Shown here: positions 9,828-19,865 of the stretch, in pieces
Position numbering within the stretch: the first letter of the stretch is position 1
Layout: each line of letters begins with the position of its first letter
DNA from: Sideroxydans lithotrophicus
Lineage (GTDB): Bacteria > Pseudomonadota > Gammaproteobacteria > Burkholderiales > Gallionellaceae
Assembly (NCBI GenBank): GCA_020723185.1
Contig: DYJI01000007.1
Location: forward strand, 59,003 to 123,002
Length of the DNA: 64,000 bases
Reading direction: 5' to 3'
Notes under the pieces: generated by a model
Seen by the model: the letters and a program-made list of their open reading frames with translations, nothing else
Database searches by the model: none
What the model was told of the DNA's origin: nothing
Program-made: the position numbers and the translations under genes

Positions 9828-10055
9828 ATGAATTTCGATAAAGAGCTGAACGCACGTGGCCTGTCCTGTCCTTTGCCTATCGTCAAGACCAAGAAGGCAC
9901 TGGTCGATATGACCTCCGGCCAGATCCTCAAGGTCATCTCGACCGACACCGGCTCCGTCAAAGACATGGCCGCGTTCGCCGAGCAGACCGGCAATGCGCT
10001 GGTAGCGCAGGAAGAAGTCGGCGGCGAATTCGTCTTCTACATGAAAAAGGGCTAA
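9828..10055 (+). CDS. tusA: Sulfurtransferase TusA
   Basis: 75 aa; LNARGLSCPLP motif. Confidence 0.9.
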   Translation: MNFDKELNARGLSCPLPIVKTKKALVDMTSGQILKVISTDTGSVKDMAAFAEQTGNALVAQEEVGGEFVFYMKKG

Positions 10056-10090
10056 GGCCCTTTTCCAACTCACTCACAGGGAGCACGCAC

Positions 10091-10558
10091 ATGGCAAAGA
10101 AAATGGCGATCATCGCTACCAAAGGCACGCTGGATATGGCCTATCCGCCGTTCATCCTCGGCTCGACCGCTGCCGCACTCGGTTATGACGTCCAGATATT
10201 CTTCACTTTCTACGGTCTGCAACTGCTGCGCAAGGATTTGTCCGACGTGAAGATCAGCCCGCTGGCGAACCCGGCCATGCCGATGCCGGTGCCGATGCCG
10301 GTGATGGTGCAGATGCTGCCGGGTATGGAAAGCATGGCGACCATGATGATGAAGCAGAAGCTGGCCAAGCATGGCGTCGCTTCTCTGGAAGAATTGCGCG
10401 ACCTGTGCCTGGAAGCCGATGTGAAGTTCGTCGCCTGCCAGATGACCGTGGACCTGTTCGAGTTCGACAAGAGCGAATTCATCGACAACGTCGAATACGG
10501 TGGCGCCGCGACGTTCATGAGTTTCGCCGGCGATACCGACATCTGTCTGTTCGTTTAA
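10091..10558 (+). CDS. dsrE2: DsrE2-type sulfur relay protein
   Basis: IIATKGTLDMAYPPFILGSTAAALG, FFTFYGL, ACQMTVDLF; follows tusA as in known rhd-tusA-dsrE2 clusters. Confidence 0.8.
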   Translation: MAKKMAIIATKGTLDMAYPPFILGSTAAALGYDVQIFFTFYGLQLLRKDLSDVKISPLANPAMPMPVPMPVMVQMLPGMESMATMMMKQKLAKHGVASLEELRDLCLEADVKFVACQMTVDLFEFDKSEFIDNVEYGGAATFMSFAGDTDICLFV

Positions 10559-10640
10559 GGGGATTGCAGTAGGAAACATAAGCTGTTGCTGTTTGTAGCA
10601 TTTGTCGCACTTGTGTACACATCAATCAGGGAGAGAACAA

Positions 10641-11879
10641 ATGAAATTCAGTAGATCGGCAGTCGCAGTATTGGTACTTGCAGCACTTTCGTCGCAACAA
10701 GCATTGGCAACCAACGGCGCAGCGATGATGGCCGTCGGTTCACAGAACACCGCGCTGGGCGGGACAGGCGTCGCCAACTTCACCGGTGCCGACAGCGCCT
10801 TCGCCAACCCGGCGATGCTGGCAAAATCCCAAGGCAATGAAGTCACCGGCGGTATCGTGCTGTTCAAGCCGGATGTCACCAACAACGGCATGGGTGGATC
10901 GGTTGCCAGCAGTTCTGCCAATACCAGCTACATCCCTGATGTCTCCTATTCGAATCGCATGAGCGACAGCCTGACCTTTGGCGTGGCGATGGCAGGTATC
11001 GCGGGTATGGGTGTGGATTACACAGGAGCGTCCGCATCAACACACATCAAGGCCAAAACAGAACTCAGCATCTTGCACATCGTTCCGACCATCGCCTATA
11101 ACCAGGCGAACTACGGTGTCGGTTTCTCGCCTGTGGTGCAGTATGGATCGCTGATGATCTCCTACAATAACTACAATCCATCCACACTTCAGGGCATGGA
11201 CAACAATCCATCCCATAAGGCTGACAGCAAGACCAGCATGGGTTATGCATTCGGTGGTTACTTCGATGTGAGTCCGGTGTTGACTTTGGCCGCGTCCTAC
11301 AGTTCCGAGATCAAAGCCAAGTATGGTACGCAGTTGTCTGTTGCTGGTCAGGGTTTTGGGCTGACAGGTGCTGCTGGCACGGCCATGGCGGCTTTTGGTG
11401 ATGATTTGAATCAACCTGCACAGATCAAGTTCGGTGCGGCATTCGCGATGAGTGATGCCGTCAAGTTGACGGCAGATTACAAGTCCATCCAGTATGGCAG
11501 TGCAGGGGGCTGGAAGGATTTCAACTGGAAGAACCAGACTGTTGTTTCTGTCGGTGCGAAGTACTCTACCGGTAGCTACTGGATCGGAGCGGGCTATAAC
11601 CACGCCGATAATCCTATCGCTGTCTTGGGCGACACCACATACCGCAATGCGGTGGTGGATTTCTTCAACAACATGATGTTCCCCGGTATCGTGAAAAGTT
11701 CCTACACTTTCGGTGGCGGCTACACGTTGTCAAAAGAGATGGATATCGAAGCTGCGGCCGTCATCACGCCCAAGGTCAACACTTCGGTGAATGTAACGAA
11801 GATCAATGCAATGCTGCCAGCGAACGCCACTTCGCATGCCCAGAGTTCCTACTCGGTCTCTCTGCGCTACAAGTTCTAA
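10641..11879 (+). CDS. FadL/TodX/OmpP1-family outer-membrane channel
   Basis: Signal peptide, ALGGTGVA...NPA hatch motif, C-terminal YKF; amphipathic beta-strand pattern. Confidence 0.8.
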   Translation: MKFSRSAVAVLVLAALSSQQALATNGAAMMAVGSQNTALGGTGVANFTGADSAFANPAMLAKSQGNEVTGGIVLFKPDVTNNGMGGSVASSSANTSYIPDVSYSNRMSDSLTFGVAMAGIAGMGVDYTGASASTHIKAKTELSILHIVPTIAYNQANYGVGFSPVVQYGSLMISYNNYNPSTLQGMDNNPSHKADSKTSMGYAFGGYFDVSPVLTLAASYSSEIKAKYGTQLSVAGQGFGLTGAAGTAMAAFGDDLNQPAQIKFGAAFAMSDAVKLTADYKSIQYGSAGGWKDFNWKNQTVVSVGAKYSTGSYWIGAGYNHADNPIAVLGDTTYRNAVVDFFNNMMFPGIVKSSYTFGGGYTLSKEMDIEAAAVITPKVNTSVNVTKINAMLPANATSHAQSSYSVSLRYKF

Positions 11880-11903
11880 CGGACTGGCAGTTTGTACCTA
11901 ACG

Positions 11904-11929
11904 ACGGCACCCTTCGGGGTGCCGTTTTT
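11904..11929 (+). terminator. Rho-independent terminator after the FadL-like gene
   Basis: ACGGCACCC-TTCG-GGGTGCCGT followed by TTTT. Confidence 0.85.
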
Positions 11930-11965
11930 ATTGCATCAGATTGCAAGAAAGTGATAGGGCGTATG

Positions 11966-11982
11966 TGCTAGAATGCGCGCCC
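11966..11982 (+). promoter_or_regulatory. typA promoter (extended -10 with GC-rich discriminator)
   Basis: TG-C-TAGAAT followed by GCGCGCCC, the same discriminator seen at rpsB. Confidence 0.55.
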
Positions 11983-12008
11983 TTTGAATTCCATTCAGGT
12001 AGTAGATC

Positions 12009-13838
12009 ATGTCCCGCGCGCTCCGCAATATCGCCATCATCGCCCACGTTGACCACGGCAAGACCACTCTCGTCGACCAGCTTCTGAAGCAGTCCGGCAC
12101 CTTCCGCGACAACCAGAAGGTGGATGAACGCGTGATGGACAGCAACGACCTTGAAAAAGAACGCGGCATCACCATCCTGGCCAAGAACACCGCCATCAAG
12201 TACGGCGAGTATCACATCAACATCGTCGACACACCGGGACACGCCGACTTCGGTGGTGAAGTAGAGCGCGTGCTGGGTATGGTGGACGGCGTGCTGCTGC
12301 TGGTGGATGCGGTGGAAGGCCCGATGCCGCAGACCCGTTTCGTGACAAAAAAAGCGCTTGCGCTCGGTTTGCGTCCTATCGTGGTGATCAACAAGGTGGA
12401 TCGTCCGGGTTCGCGTCCCGACTGGGTGCTGGATCAGACCTTCGATCTGTTCGACAAGCTGGGCGCGAATGATGAGCAACTGGATTTCCCCGTGATCTAC
12501 GCGTCCGGCCTGAATGGCTGGGCTTGCATGAACCTGAACGATGCGCCTTCCAAGGGCGGCTCGGCTTCCGACATGAAGGCTCTGTTCGAGCTCGTGCTCA
12601 AGCACGTGCCGACCCCTCCAGGCAATTCGGATGCGCCTTTGCAATTCCAGATCGCCGCGCTGGATTACTCGACCTTCACCGGCCGTCTGGGCGTCGGCAA
12701 AGTTTTGAACGGCCGCATCAAGCCCGGCCAGCAAGTGGTGGTGATGAACCATGAAGAGCAGGTCGGCTCCGGTCGCATCAATCAGGTGTTGGGATTCCAG
12801 GGTTTGGACCGCGTGCCGGTGGAGAGCGCCGAAGCGGGCGACATCATCATCATCTCCGGCCTGGAAGACATCGGCATCGGTGTCACCGTTTGTGACAAGG
12901 AGAATCCGGTCGGTCTGCCGGTGATGGGCGTGGACGAGCCGACGCTGACCATGGACTTCATGGTGAACAGCTCCCCGCTGGCCGGTACCGAAGGCAAGTT
13001 CGTGACCAGCCGCCAGATCCGCGACCGCCTGACCAAGGAATTGCTGACCAACGTGGCGCTGCGCGTGGAAGATACCGAGGACGCAGACGTGTTCCGCGTT
13101 TCCGGTCGTGGCGAGTTGCACCTGACCATCCTGCTGGAGAACATGCGCCGCGAAGGTTTCGAGATGGCCGTGGCCAAGCCGCGTGTGGTGTACAAGGAGA
13201 TCAACGGCGAGAAGTGTGAACCGTACGAGAATCTGACCATCGATCTGGAAGACGACCACCAGGGCGCTATCATGGAGGAGATCGGCCGCCGTCGCGGCGA
13301 GCTGACCAACATGGAGTCCGATGGTCATGGCCGTACCCGCCTGGAGTATCACATCCCGGCGCGCGGTCTGATCGGCTTCCAGTCCGACTTCATGACCATG
13401 ACACGCGGTTCCGGCCTGATGAGCCATGTGTTCGACGACTACGGCCCGGTCAAGGCCGATCTGCCGGGCCGCCACAACGGCGTGCTGATCTCGCAGGAAG
13501 ACGGTGAGGCCGTGGCCTATGCCTTGTGGAACCTGGAAGACCGCGGTCGTATGTTCGTGTCGCCCGGCGACAAGCTGTATGAAGGCATGGTCATCGGTAT
13601 CCATAGCCGCGACAACGACCTGGTGGTGAACCCGATCAAGGGCAAGAAGCTGACCAACGTGCGCGCCTCCGGTACTGATGAGGCGGTGCGTTTGACCACA
13701 CCGATCAAGATGACGCTGGAATCCGCCGTCGAGTTCATCGACGACGACGAGCTGGTGGAACTGACGCCCAAGTCGATCCGCATCCGCAAGCGCTACCTGA
13801 AGGAGCATGAACGCAAGCGTGCAGGCAAGGCCGACTGA
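12009..13838 (+). CDS. typA: Translational GTPase TypA/BipA
   Basis: [28 protein letters not shown]-terminal [12 protein letters not shown]. Confidence 0.97.
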   Translation: MSRALRNIAIIAHVDHGKTTLVDQLLKQSGTFRDNQKVDERVMDSNDLEKERGITILAKNTAIKYGEYHINIVDTPGHADFGGEVERVLGMVDGVLLLVDAVEGPMPQTRFVTKKALALGLRPIVVINKVDRPGSRPDWVLDQTFDLFDKLGANDEQLDFPVIYASGLNGWACMNLNDAPSKGGSASDMKALFELVLKHVPTPPGNSDAPLQFQIAALDYSTFTGRLGVGKVLNGRIKPGQQVVVMNHEEQVGSGRINQVLGFQGLDRVPVESAEAGDIIIISGLEDIGIGVTVCDKENPVGLPVMGVDEPTLTMDFMVNSSPLAGTEGKFVTSRQIRDRLTKELLTNVALRVEDTEDADVFRVSGRGELHLTILLENMRREGFEMAVAKPRVVYKEINGEKCEPYENLTIDLEDDHQGAIMEEIGRRRGELTNMESDGHGRTRLEYHIPARGLIGFQSDFMTMTRGSGLMSHVFDDYGPVKADLPGRHNGVLISQEDGEAVAYALWNLEDRGRMFVSPGDKLYEGMVIGIHSRDNDLVVNPIKGKKLTNVRASGTDEAVRLTTPIKMTLESAVEFIDDDELVELTPKSIRIRKRYLKEHERKRAGKAD

Positions 13839-13858
13839 CCGGTTTTTTGCATCAAGGC

Positions 13859-13880
13859 AAGGGGCGCGCAAGCGCCCTTT
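13859..13880 (+). terminator. Terminator-like hairpin after typA
   Basis: AAGGGGCGC-GCAA-GCGCCCTTT. Confidence 0.6.
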
Positions 13881-13919
13881 GTCATTTATACTTCGGCCAT
13901 TCATCCCGACTGGCCATAC

Positions 13920-15164
13920 ATGCTGGAAACCCTCTTCTTTGTTGCCGTGCTGCTGTTGCTTGTCGCGATGCTGGCGCTGCAACTCAGGCAACCTACTCGT
14001 ATCGCGCAGATGCTGGAACAGCAGCATCGCGCCATGCTCACCGACCTGGCTGACGGCCTGAACAAGCAGGGTGACCGCATGATCGCCGCGCAGGCTGCCG
14101 AGTCGGAGCGGCTGCGTGCCGCAGTGGGCGAAGAGTTGCGCGCCACGCGCGATGCCATCGGCGCGTTGCGTACCGAGATGCTGGCGCAGATGCTGGAGAA
14201 GATGGCGGAGCAGGGGCGCGCCGACCAGAAGCTGATCCAGGACTCCTTCAACAACGCCTCGCAACACCTGCGCACCAGTATCGAGACGCTGAGCAAGACC
14301 GTGGACGGCCGTCTGGAACAGATCGGCGGCAAGGTGAACGAGCGTCTGGACGAAGGCTTCAAGAAGACCAATGAGACCTTCGTCAGCGTGATGGCACGCC
14401 TGGCGACCATAGACGAGGCGCAGAAGAAGATCGATGGGCTCACCACCAACGTCGTCAGCCTGCAGGAGCTGCTGGGCGACAAGCGTTCGCGCGGCGCGTT
14501 CGGCGAGGTGCAGCTGGAAGGGTTGGTGCGCAACATCCTGCCGGTGCAGGCTTTCGAGATGCAGTACACACTGCCCAACGGTACGCGCGCCGACTGCGTG
14601 CTCAAACTGCCGGAACCGACCGGTATGGTGGCGGTGGATTCCAAGTTCCCGCTGGAGAACTATCGCCGCATGCTGGACGGTGAAACGGGTGCGGAGAGGC
14701 AGTTCAAGGCCGACCTGAAGAAACATGTCGACGACATCGGCGGCAAGTACATCATCCCCGACGTGACCTCGGACGGCGCGGTGATGTTCATCCCGGCCGA
14801 GGCGGTATTCGCCGAGATCCATGCGCATCATCCCGACCTGATCGAATACGCCATGCAAAGACGGGTGTGGGTGGTGTCTCCGACCACGCTGATGGCGGTG
14901 CTCAACACCGCGCGCGCGGTGATGAAGGACGTTGAGACGCGCAAGCAGGTGCACATCATCAAGGACGAGCTGGGCAAACTGGGCAAGGAGTTCGGCCGTT
15001 TCGACGAGCGTATGAAGAAACTGGCCGACCACATCCGCCAGGCGCACGAGGATGCGCAAAGCGTACGCACCACCAGCGAGAAGATCTCGAAACGCTTCAT
15101 CAGCATCGAGCAGGTCGATCTGGATCATGCACGGACTTTGCCCGGTCCCGCATCTGATGATTGA
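13920..15164 (+). CDS. rmuC: DNA recombination protein RmuC
   Basis: N-terminal TM and coiled coil; RGAFGEVQLE, VDSKFP, VMFIPAEAVF, SPTTL motifs. Confidence 0.92.
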   Translation: MLETLFFVAVLLLLVAMLALQLRQPTRIAQMLEQQHRAMLTDLADGLNKQGDRMIAAQAAESERLRAAVGEELRATRDAIGALRTEMLAQMLEKMAEQGRADQKLIQDSFNNASQHLRTSIETLSKTVDGRLEQIGGKVNERLDEGFKKTNETFVSVMARLATIDEAQKKIDGLTTNVVSLQELLGDKRSRGAFGEVQLEGLVRNILPVQAFEMQYTLPNGTRADCVLKLPEPTGMVAVDSKFPLENYRRMLDGETGAERQFKADLKKHVDDIGGKYIIPDVTSDGAVMFIPAEAVFAEIHAHHPDLIEYAMQRRVWVVSPTTLMAVLNTARAVMKDVETRKQVHIIKDELGKLGKEFGRFDERMKKLADHIRQAHEDAQSVRTTSEKISKRFISIEQVDLDHARTLPGPASDD

Positions 15165-15186
15165 AACCAAGCACTGGAGGGAATAG

Positions 15187-17298
15187 ATGATGGCCACGAC
15201 TCATACCTGGAGATTCTTCCGTGCAGGCGGTTTCGACCAGGTGCAGCTGGACAGCGGTGCCGACCTGTTGGCGCTGAAAGAACTGGACCAGAAACTGTGG
15301 GTGGCGTTGAGCTGTCCGGTGCATGGCATCGAGTTCGATGGCCGCACGCTGGAGATGATCGACACGGATGGAGACGGTCAGGTACGCGCCAACGAGGTGT
15401 TGGCGGCGATCGCCTGGGCAGGGACGCTGCTGAAAGACGCCGACCTGCTGACCAGGGGGGCGGACAGGCTGATGTTGGCGGATATCAACGACACCACGGC
15501 GGAGGGGCGGCAGGTGCTGGCATCTGCGCGCCTCATCCTGAGCGCGCTCGGCATGCAGGATGCCACCCATATCTCGCTGGCAGATCTGACGGACATCAAT
15601 AACTTCGTGGCCGGTCTGCAGTTCAACGGTGACGGTGTGGTCTGTGCCAAACAGGTCGACGATGCTGGTGTGCGTGCGACGGTTGAGGATATCGTCAAGA
15701 CTGCAGGCTCCTTAGCGGATGCGAGTGGCGAGCAAGGTATCGACCAGGCGATAAGCGACAGATTCTTCGCCGAAGCTGCGGCATATGCCGACTGGTATGC
15801 CCGCGGCGAGGCGGATGCGGGCATTTTGCCGTTGGGGGCGGGCAGCGATGCAGCAGCACAAGCTTTGCAGGCGGTGCGGGGCAAGGTCGATGATCATTTC
15901 GTCCGCTGCCAGTTGGCAGCATACGACGCGCGTGCGGCTGCACCACTGAGTCGCGCGGTAGAGGATTACCAGCACCTGGCGGCGCAGTGTCTGTCCGTAC
16001 AGAACGAGGAGGTGGAAGCTTTCCCGCTGGCGACCGTTGCAGCAGGCGAGCCGCTGGCCCTGCAGGCGGGCATCAATCCGGCGTGGCAGGACAGGATCGA
16101 CGCACTGAGCCAGCTCGTGTTGTTGCCGCTGTTGGGTGAACGAAAAAGTCTGTCAATAGGTGAGTGGCGGGCGCTGTGTGCCCGCTTCGATGCATTCTCC
16201 GACTGGCGGAAGTCGAACCCGGCCCCGCAACTGGACGGGCTGGGCATCGCCCGTGTGCGCGAGATATTGTCATCTGGGCAGCAGGAGCGGATCGATGCGC
16301 TGATCGCGCAAGACAAGGCGCTTGCCCCGGAGATCGAGGCGGTCCACTCGGTAGAGCGTCTGATCCGATATCAGCGAGACTTGTTCAAGCTGGTGAACAA
16401 TTTCGTGTCTTTCCGTGAGTTCTACTCCGGCAGGGGTAAGGCCGTATTCCAGGTCGGCACACTGTATCTGGACGGGCGCAGTTGCGAGCTGTGCGTCAAG
16501 GTGGAGGATGTGAATGCCCATGCGACGTTCGCCAACAGCAGCGGCGTGTGTCTGGTCTATTGCGCACTGGTGCGCAAAGGCGGCGGCGAGAAGATGAACA
16601 TCGCCGCCGCGTTCACGGCAGGCGATTCCGATTTCCTGGCAGTGGGTCGGCACGGGATATTCTATGACCGCAATGGAGACGACTGGAACGCTACCATCCT
16701 GCGCATCAATGACCACCCGATCAGCATCCGCCAGGCTTTCTGGTCGCCATACAAGAAACTTTCCAGGACCATCGCCGAGCAATTGCAGAAGTTCGCCGCC
16801 ACCAAGGCGGGCAAGGTGCAGGACGTGATGGGCAAGACGGTGGCCGGCTCGGTCGAGCCTGCCGCCAAGCCTGCGTTCGATGTCGCCAAGTTCGCCGGTA
16901 TCTTTGCCGCGATCGGGTTGGCCATCGGTGCCATCGGCGGCATCCTGGCATCCGTGGTAGGCGGCATCCTGAGCCTGAAATTCTGGCAGATACCGTTGGC
17001 CGTCCTTGGTCTGATGCTTGCGATCTCGCTGCCTTCGATGACCCTGGCCTGGCTCAAGCTGAAGAAGCGCAATCTCGGCCCCATCCTCGATGCCTGCGGC
17101 TGGGCGATCAACGCGCGCGCATTGATCAACATCCCGTTCGGCACTTCGCTCACCGGGCTGCCCAGGCTGCCGGAGGGCGCGCAGCGCGCGTTGTTCGATC
17201 CTTACGCCGAGCAGCGCCACGCATGGCCGTATCTGCTCGGCCTTTTCTTGCTGACTGCCATGCTGGCCTGGGCGTGGTACGCCGGATATTTTGAATGA
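15187..17298 (+). CDS. Conserved hypothetical 703-aa protein with an EF-hand-like loop and C-terminal TM helices
   Basis: Long ORF with host codon bias and GGAGG RBS; DTDGDGQVRANE 12-residue loop; hydrophobic segments near the C-terminus. Confidence 0.75.
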   Translation: MMATTHTWRFFRAGGFDQVQLDSGADLLALKELDQKLWVALSCPVHGIEFDGRTLEMIDTDGDGQVRANEVLAAIAWAGTLLKDADLLTRGADRLMLADINDTTAEGRQVLASARLILSALGMQDATHISLADLTDINNFVAGLQFNGDGVVCAKQVDDAGVRATVEDIVKTAGSLADASGEQGIDQAISDRFFAEAAAYADWYARGEADAGILPLGAGSDAAAQALQAVRGKVDDHFVRCQLAAYDARAAAPLSRAVEDYQHLAAQCLSVQNEEVEAFPLATVAAGEPLALQAGINPAWQDRIDALSQLVLLPLLGERKSLSIGEWRALCARFDAFSDWRKSNPAPQLDGLGIARVREILSSGQQERIDALIAQDKALAPEIEAVHSVERLIRYQRDLFKLVNNFVSFREFYSGRGKAVFQVGTLYLDGRSCELCVKVEDVNAHATFANSSGVCLVYCALVRKGGGEKMNIAAAFTAGDSDFLAVGRHGIFYDRNGDDWNATILRINDHPISIRQAFWSPYKKLSRTIAEQLQKFAATKAGKVQDVMGKTVAGSVEPAAKPAFDVAKFAGIFAAIGLAIGAIGGILASVVGGILSLKFWQIPLAVLGLMLAISLPSMTLAWLKLKKRNLGPILDACGWAINARALINIPFGTSLTGLPRLPEGAQRALFDPYAEQRHAWPYLLGLFLLTAMLAWAWYAGYFE

Positions 17299-17311
17299 AA
17301 GACCATCGCAA

Positions 17312-18916
17312 ATGAAGATCGCCATCGCGCAAATCAATTGCCTGCTGGGTGATCTGGCGGGCAATGCCGCCAAGATCGCCGACTACGCGGCGCGCGCACG
17401 GGAACAGGGAGCCGGCATCCTGCTCACGCCGGAGATGAGTCTGTGCGGCTATCCGCCGGAAGACCTGCTGCTGCGCGACGGTTTCTACCATGCCTGCCAG
17501 GAGGCGCTGCACAGTCTGGCGCAACAGTTGCAGGGCATCACGGTCGTGGTCGGGCATCCGCACCAGCATGGCGGAGAATGCTACAACGCGGCCTCGGTGC
17601 TGCGTGACGGCGAGATCGTCGCGACCTATCACAAACACGAGTTGCCGAACCACAGTGTGTTCGACGAAGTGCGATACTTCACGCCGGGTTCCCTGCCATG
17701 CGTGTTCGAACTGGAAGGGATCAACTTCGGTATCAATATCTGCGCGGACGTATGGGAACCGCATGCGGCACGGCGTGCCCGTGACGCTGGCGCGCAAGTA
17801 TTGCTGGTGCTGAATGCCTCGCCTTATCACATCGCCAAGGTCGATTCCCGCCACGATGTCGTGCGCGAGCGTATCGCCGCGACCGGCATGCCGGTCGTCT
17901 ACGCCAATCTGGTCGGCGGACAGGACGAGCTGGTGTTCGACGGCGCTTCGTTCGCGATGGACGGCGAGGGCAACATCACCCATCAATTGCCCGCGTTCGA
18001 AGAGCGGCTGGGGCTGGTGGCACTGCAGGATGGACGACCCGCTCCGGGTGAACAGGCCGAGGTGTTGCGCGAGGAAGCCAGCATCTACCGGGCGCTGTGT
18101 CTCGGCGTGCGCGACTACATCACCAAGAACCGTTTCCCAGGCGTGTTGCTGGGGCTATCCGGCGGTATCGATTCCGCGCTGACTCTGGCCGTGGCGGTGG
18201 ATGCGCTGGGGGCGGACAAGGTGCGTGCGGTGATGATGCCGTCACCCTACACGGCGCAGATCAGCATCGACGACTCGCGGGAGATGGTGGGATTGCTCGG
18301 CGTACAGTATGAAGAGCTGGACATCGTGCCGACCTTCGATGCCTTGCAGGATACATTGGCACCATTGTTCAAGGGCTTGCCGCCGGATACCACCGAAGAG
18401 AACCTGCAGGCCCGTATCCGTGGCGTGCTGTTGATGGCGTTGTCCAACAAGACCGGGTCGCTGGTGCTGACCACCGGCAACAAGTCGGAGATGACCGTGG
18501 GCTATGCGACCTTGTACGGCGACATGGCGGGTGGTTTCGCGGTGCTCAAGGATGTGAGCAAGACCTGGGTCTATCGTCTGTCCAACTGGCGCAACGAGCA
18601 GAGTCGCACCATCCCGGAACGCATCATCACCCGTCCGCCCAGCGCGGAGCTGAGGCCGGACCAGACCGATCAGGACAGCCTGCCGCCCTACGATGTGCTG
18701 GACGCCATCATGGCCAGCTATGTGGAGCGTAACGAGTCGATCGCGCAGATCGTGGCTCAGGGTTATGCCGAGGAGGATGTACGCCGTGTGGTGAAGCTGA
18801 TACGCATCGCGGAATACAAGCGACGCCAGGCACCGGTCGGCATCCGCATCACCGACCGCAGCTTCGGCAAGGATTGGCGCTATCCCATCACCGCGCGTTA
18901 TCAGGATGGTTTCTGA
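17312..18916 (+). CDS. nadE: Glutamine-dependent NAD+ synthetase
   Basis: Nitrilase domain (TPEMSLCGYPPEDL, ICADVW) plus LGLSGGIDSAL, NKSE, SAEL...DQD. Confidence 0.95.
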   Translation: MKIAIAQINCLLGDLAGNAAKIADYAARAREQGAGILLTPEMSLCGYPPEDLLLRDGFYHACQEALHSLAQQLQGITVVVGHPHQHGGECYNAASVLRDGEIVATYHKHELPNHSVFDEVRYFTPGSLPCVFELEGINFGINICADVWEPHAARRARDAGAQVLLVLNASPYHIAKVDSRHDVVRERIAATGMPVVYANLVGGQDELVFDGASFAMDGEGNITHQLPAFEERLGLVALQDGRPAPGEQAEVLREEASIYRALCLGVRDYITKNRFPGVLLGLSGGIDSALTLAVAVDALGADKVRAVMMPSPYTAQISIDDSREMVGLLGVQYEELDIVPTFDALQDTLAPLFKGLPPDTTEENLQARIRGVLLMALSNKTGSLVLTTGNKSEMTVGYATLYGDMAGGFAVLKDVSKTWVYRLSNWRNEQSRTIPERIITRPPSAELRPDQTDQDSLPPYDVLDAIMASYVERNESIAQIVAQGYAEEDVRRVVKLIRIAEYKRRQAPVGIRITDRSFGKDWRYPITARYQDGF

Positions 18917-19352
18917 GTCTGCGTAACGTGCTGGCGGCCAGCAGGTGAAAAGGCAGCAGCAGTGCCAACGCGATGCCTAGCCCCTGGTGCCACTGGCTGA
19001 TGGACTCTCGCCAGTCTTCATGCGGCGGGTAATACAGGCAAAGCCCGCTGATGGCCAGTAGCGCCAGTACTGCAGTCAGTAGTAGTCCGTTGCCGCGATT
19101 GCGATGCGCCCGCCAGTTCCCCTGCTGGTGCAGGTTGGACAATCTGCCGACCATCCACACCATCACATACGCAGCGATACCGTGCAGGACCAGCATGCGG
19201 TGCCGCAGCGTATGCAGCGGATCGGTGTAGTCCTGTTCATCCGCCTGCCAGCCCAGCACCATCCACGCCATACCGCTCGCGATCACGACCAGGCTGCATA
19301 TCAGCACCGTATTGCGCGCGAACGGACTCAAGCGTACGCCCCAACTGTTCAT
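18888..19352 (-). CDS. Small polytopic membrane protein with His residues in TM helices (cytochrome b-like)
   Basis: Four hydrophobic segments with LHG, WHQG and FHLL His residues; overlaps the end of the upstream FMN-binding gene. Confidence 0.6.
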   Translation of the reverse strand: MNSWGVRLSPFARNTVLICSLVVIASGMAWMVLGWQADEQDYTDPLHTLRHRMLVLHGIAAYVMVWMVGRLSNLHQQGNWRAHRNRGNGLLLTAVLALLAISGLCLYYPPHEDWRESISQWHQGLGIALALLLPFHLLAASTLRRLRNHPDNAR

Positions 19353-19864
19353 GGCTTTCCCTCCGTTATGGTCTGCTGGTGCAGCAGCAGGGCGAGTCGC
19401 GTCAGCTTCTGCAGCGCGCGGACGGACAAGGTGGCCCCGGAGATGCCGTCGATGTCGCGATCAAGTTGCGTGCCATCAGCCAGCCGGGCACCCGAGAATT
19501 GTGCAGTGAAAGCGGGACTCTTCACTTCCCAGCCGCGACTTTCGCGGTAGACCAGCACGCTTACCTTTTCGACCCTGTCATGGTCAATCACGACGCCGAC
19601 CGTGATCGGCCGTTCCTTGCCGATCTCGTCCAGCACCCAGGCGGTCCGGCTGCCGCTGCGCCAGTATTGCACCCGTACCTGCGGATAGTCGTGCCGCAGG
19701 ATGTCGCGCGCGCGGGTGCGCAGATCGCCGGTGAGCCAGATGTCTCGCGCTTCAGGAGCTTCCTGGAAGGTGGTGGCCAAGAAGGTCGAGACTTCCGCAG
19801 GGGGTTGATCGGCACCAGCGGGGAGCGCCAGACCGAGTAGGATGAGCAAACTGAGCCAGGCCAT
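19349..19864 (-). CDS. Secreted FMN-binding domain protein (flavinylation substrate)
   Basis: Signal peptide MAWLSLLILLGLALPAGA; YRESRGWEV and DGISGATLS ([ST]GA[ST] flavinylation motif). Confidence 0.8.
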   Translation of the reverse strand: MAWLSLLILLGLALPAGADQPPAEVSTFLATTFQEAPEARDIWLTGDLRTRARDILRHDYPQVRVQYWRSGSRTAWVLDEIGKERPITVGVVIDHDRVEKVSVLVYRESRGWEVKSPAFTAQFSGARLADGTQLDRDIDGISGATLSVRALQKLTRLALLLHQQTITEGKP

Positions 19865-19865
19865 A

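Noticed and set aside
10272-10310. Repeat GCCGATGCCGGT in dsrE2 (MPMPVPMPV)
   Set aside because: A Met/Pro-rich segment is a normal feature of DsrE2-type proteins.
10612-10625. TGTGTACACA palindrome / ATCAA half-site as an FNR or CRP box upstream of the FadL gene
   Set aside because: Only one half-site matches, and it is too close to the RBS to support a call.
11928-15197. 1089-aa minus-strand ORF, and similar long antisense ORFs across the GC-rich core
   Set aside because: Shadow frames opposite clear genes (typA, rmuC); expected from high-GC codon bias; no motifs.
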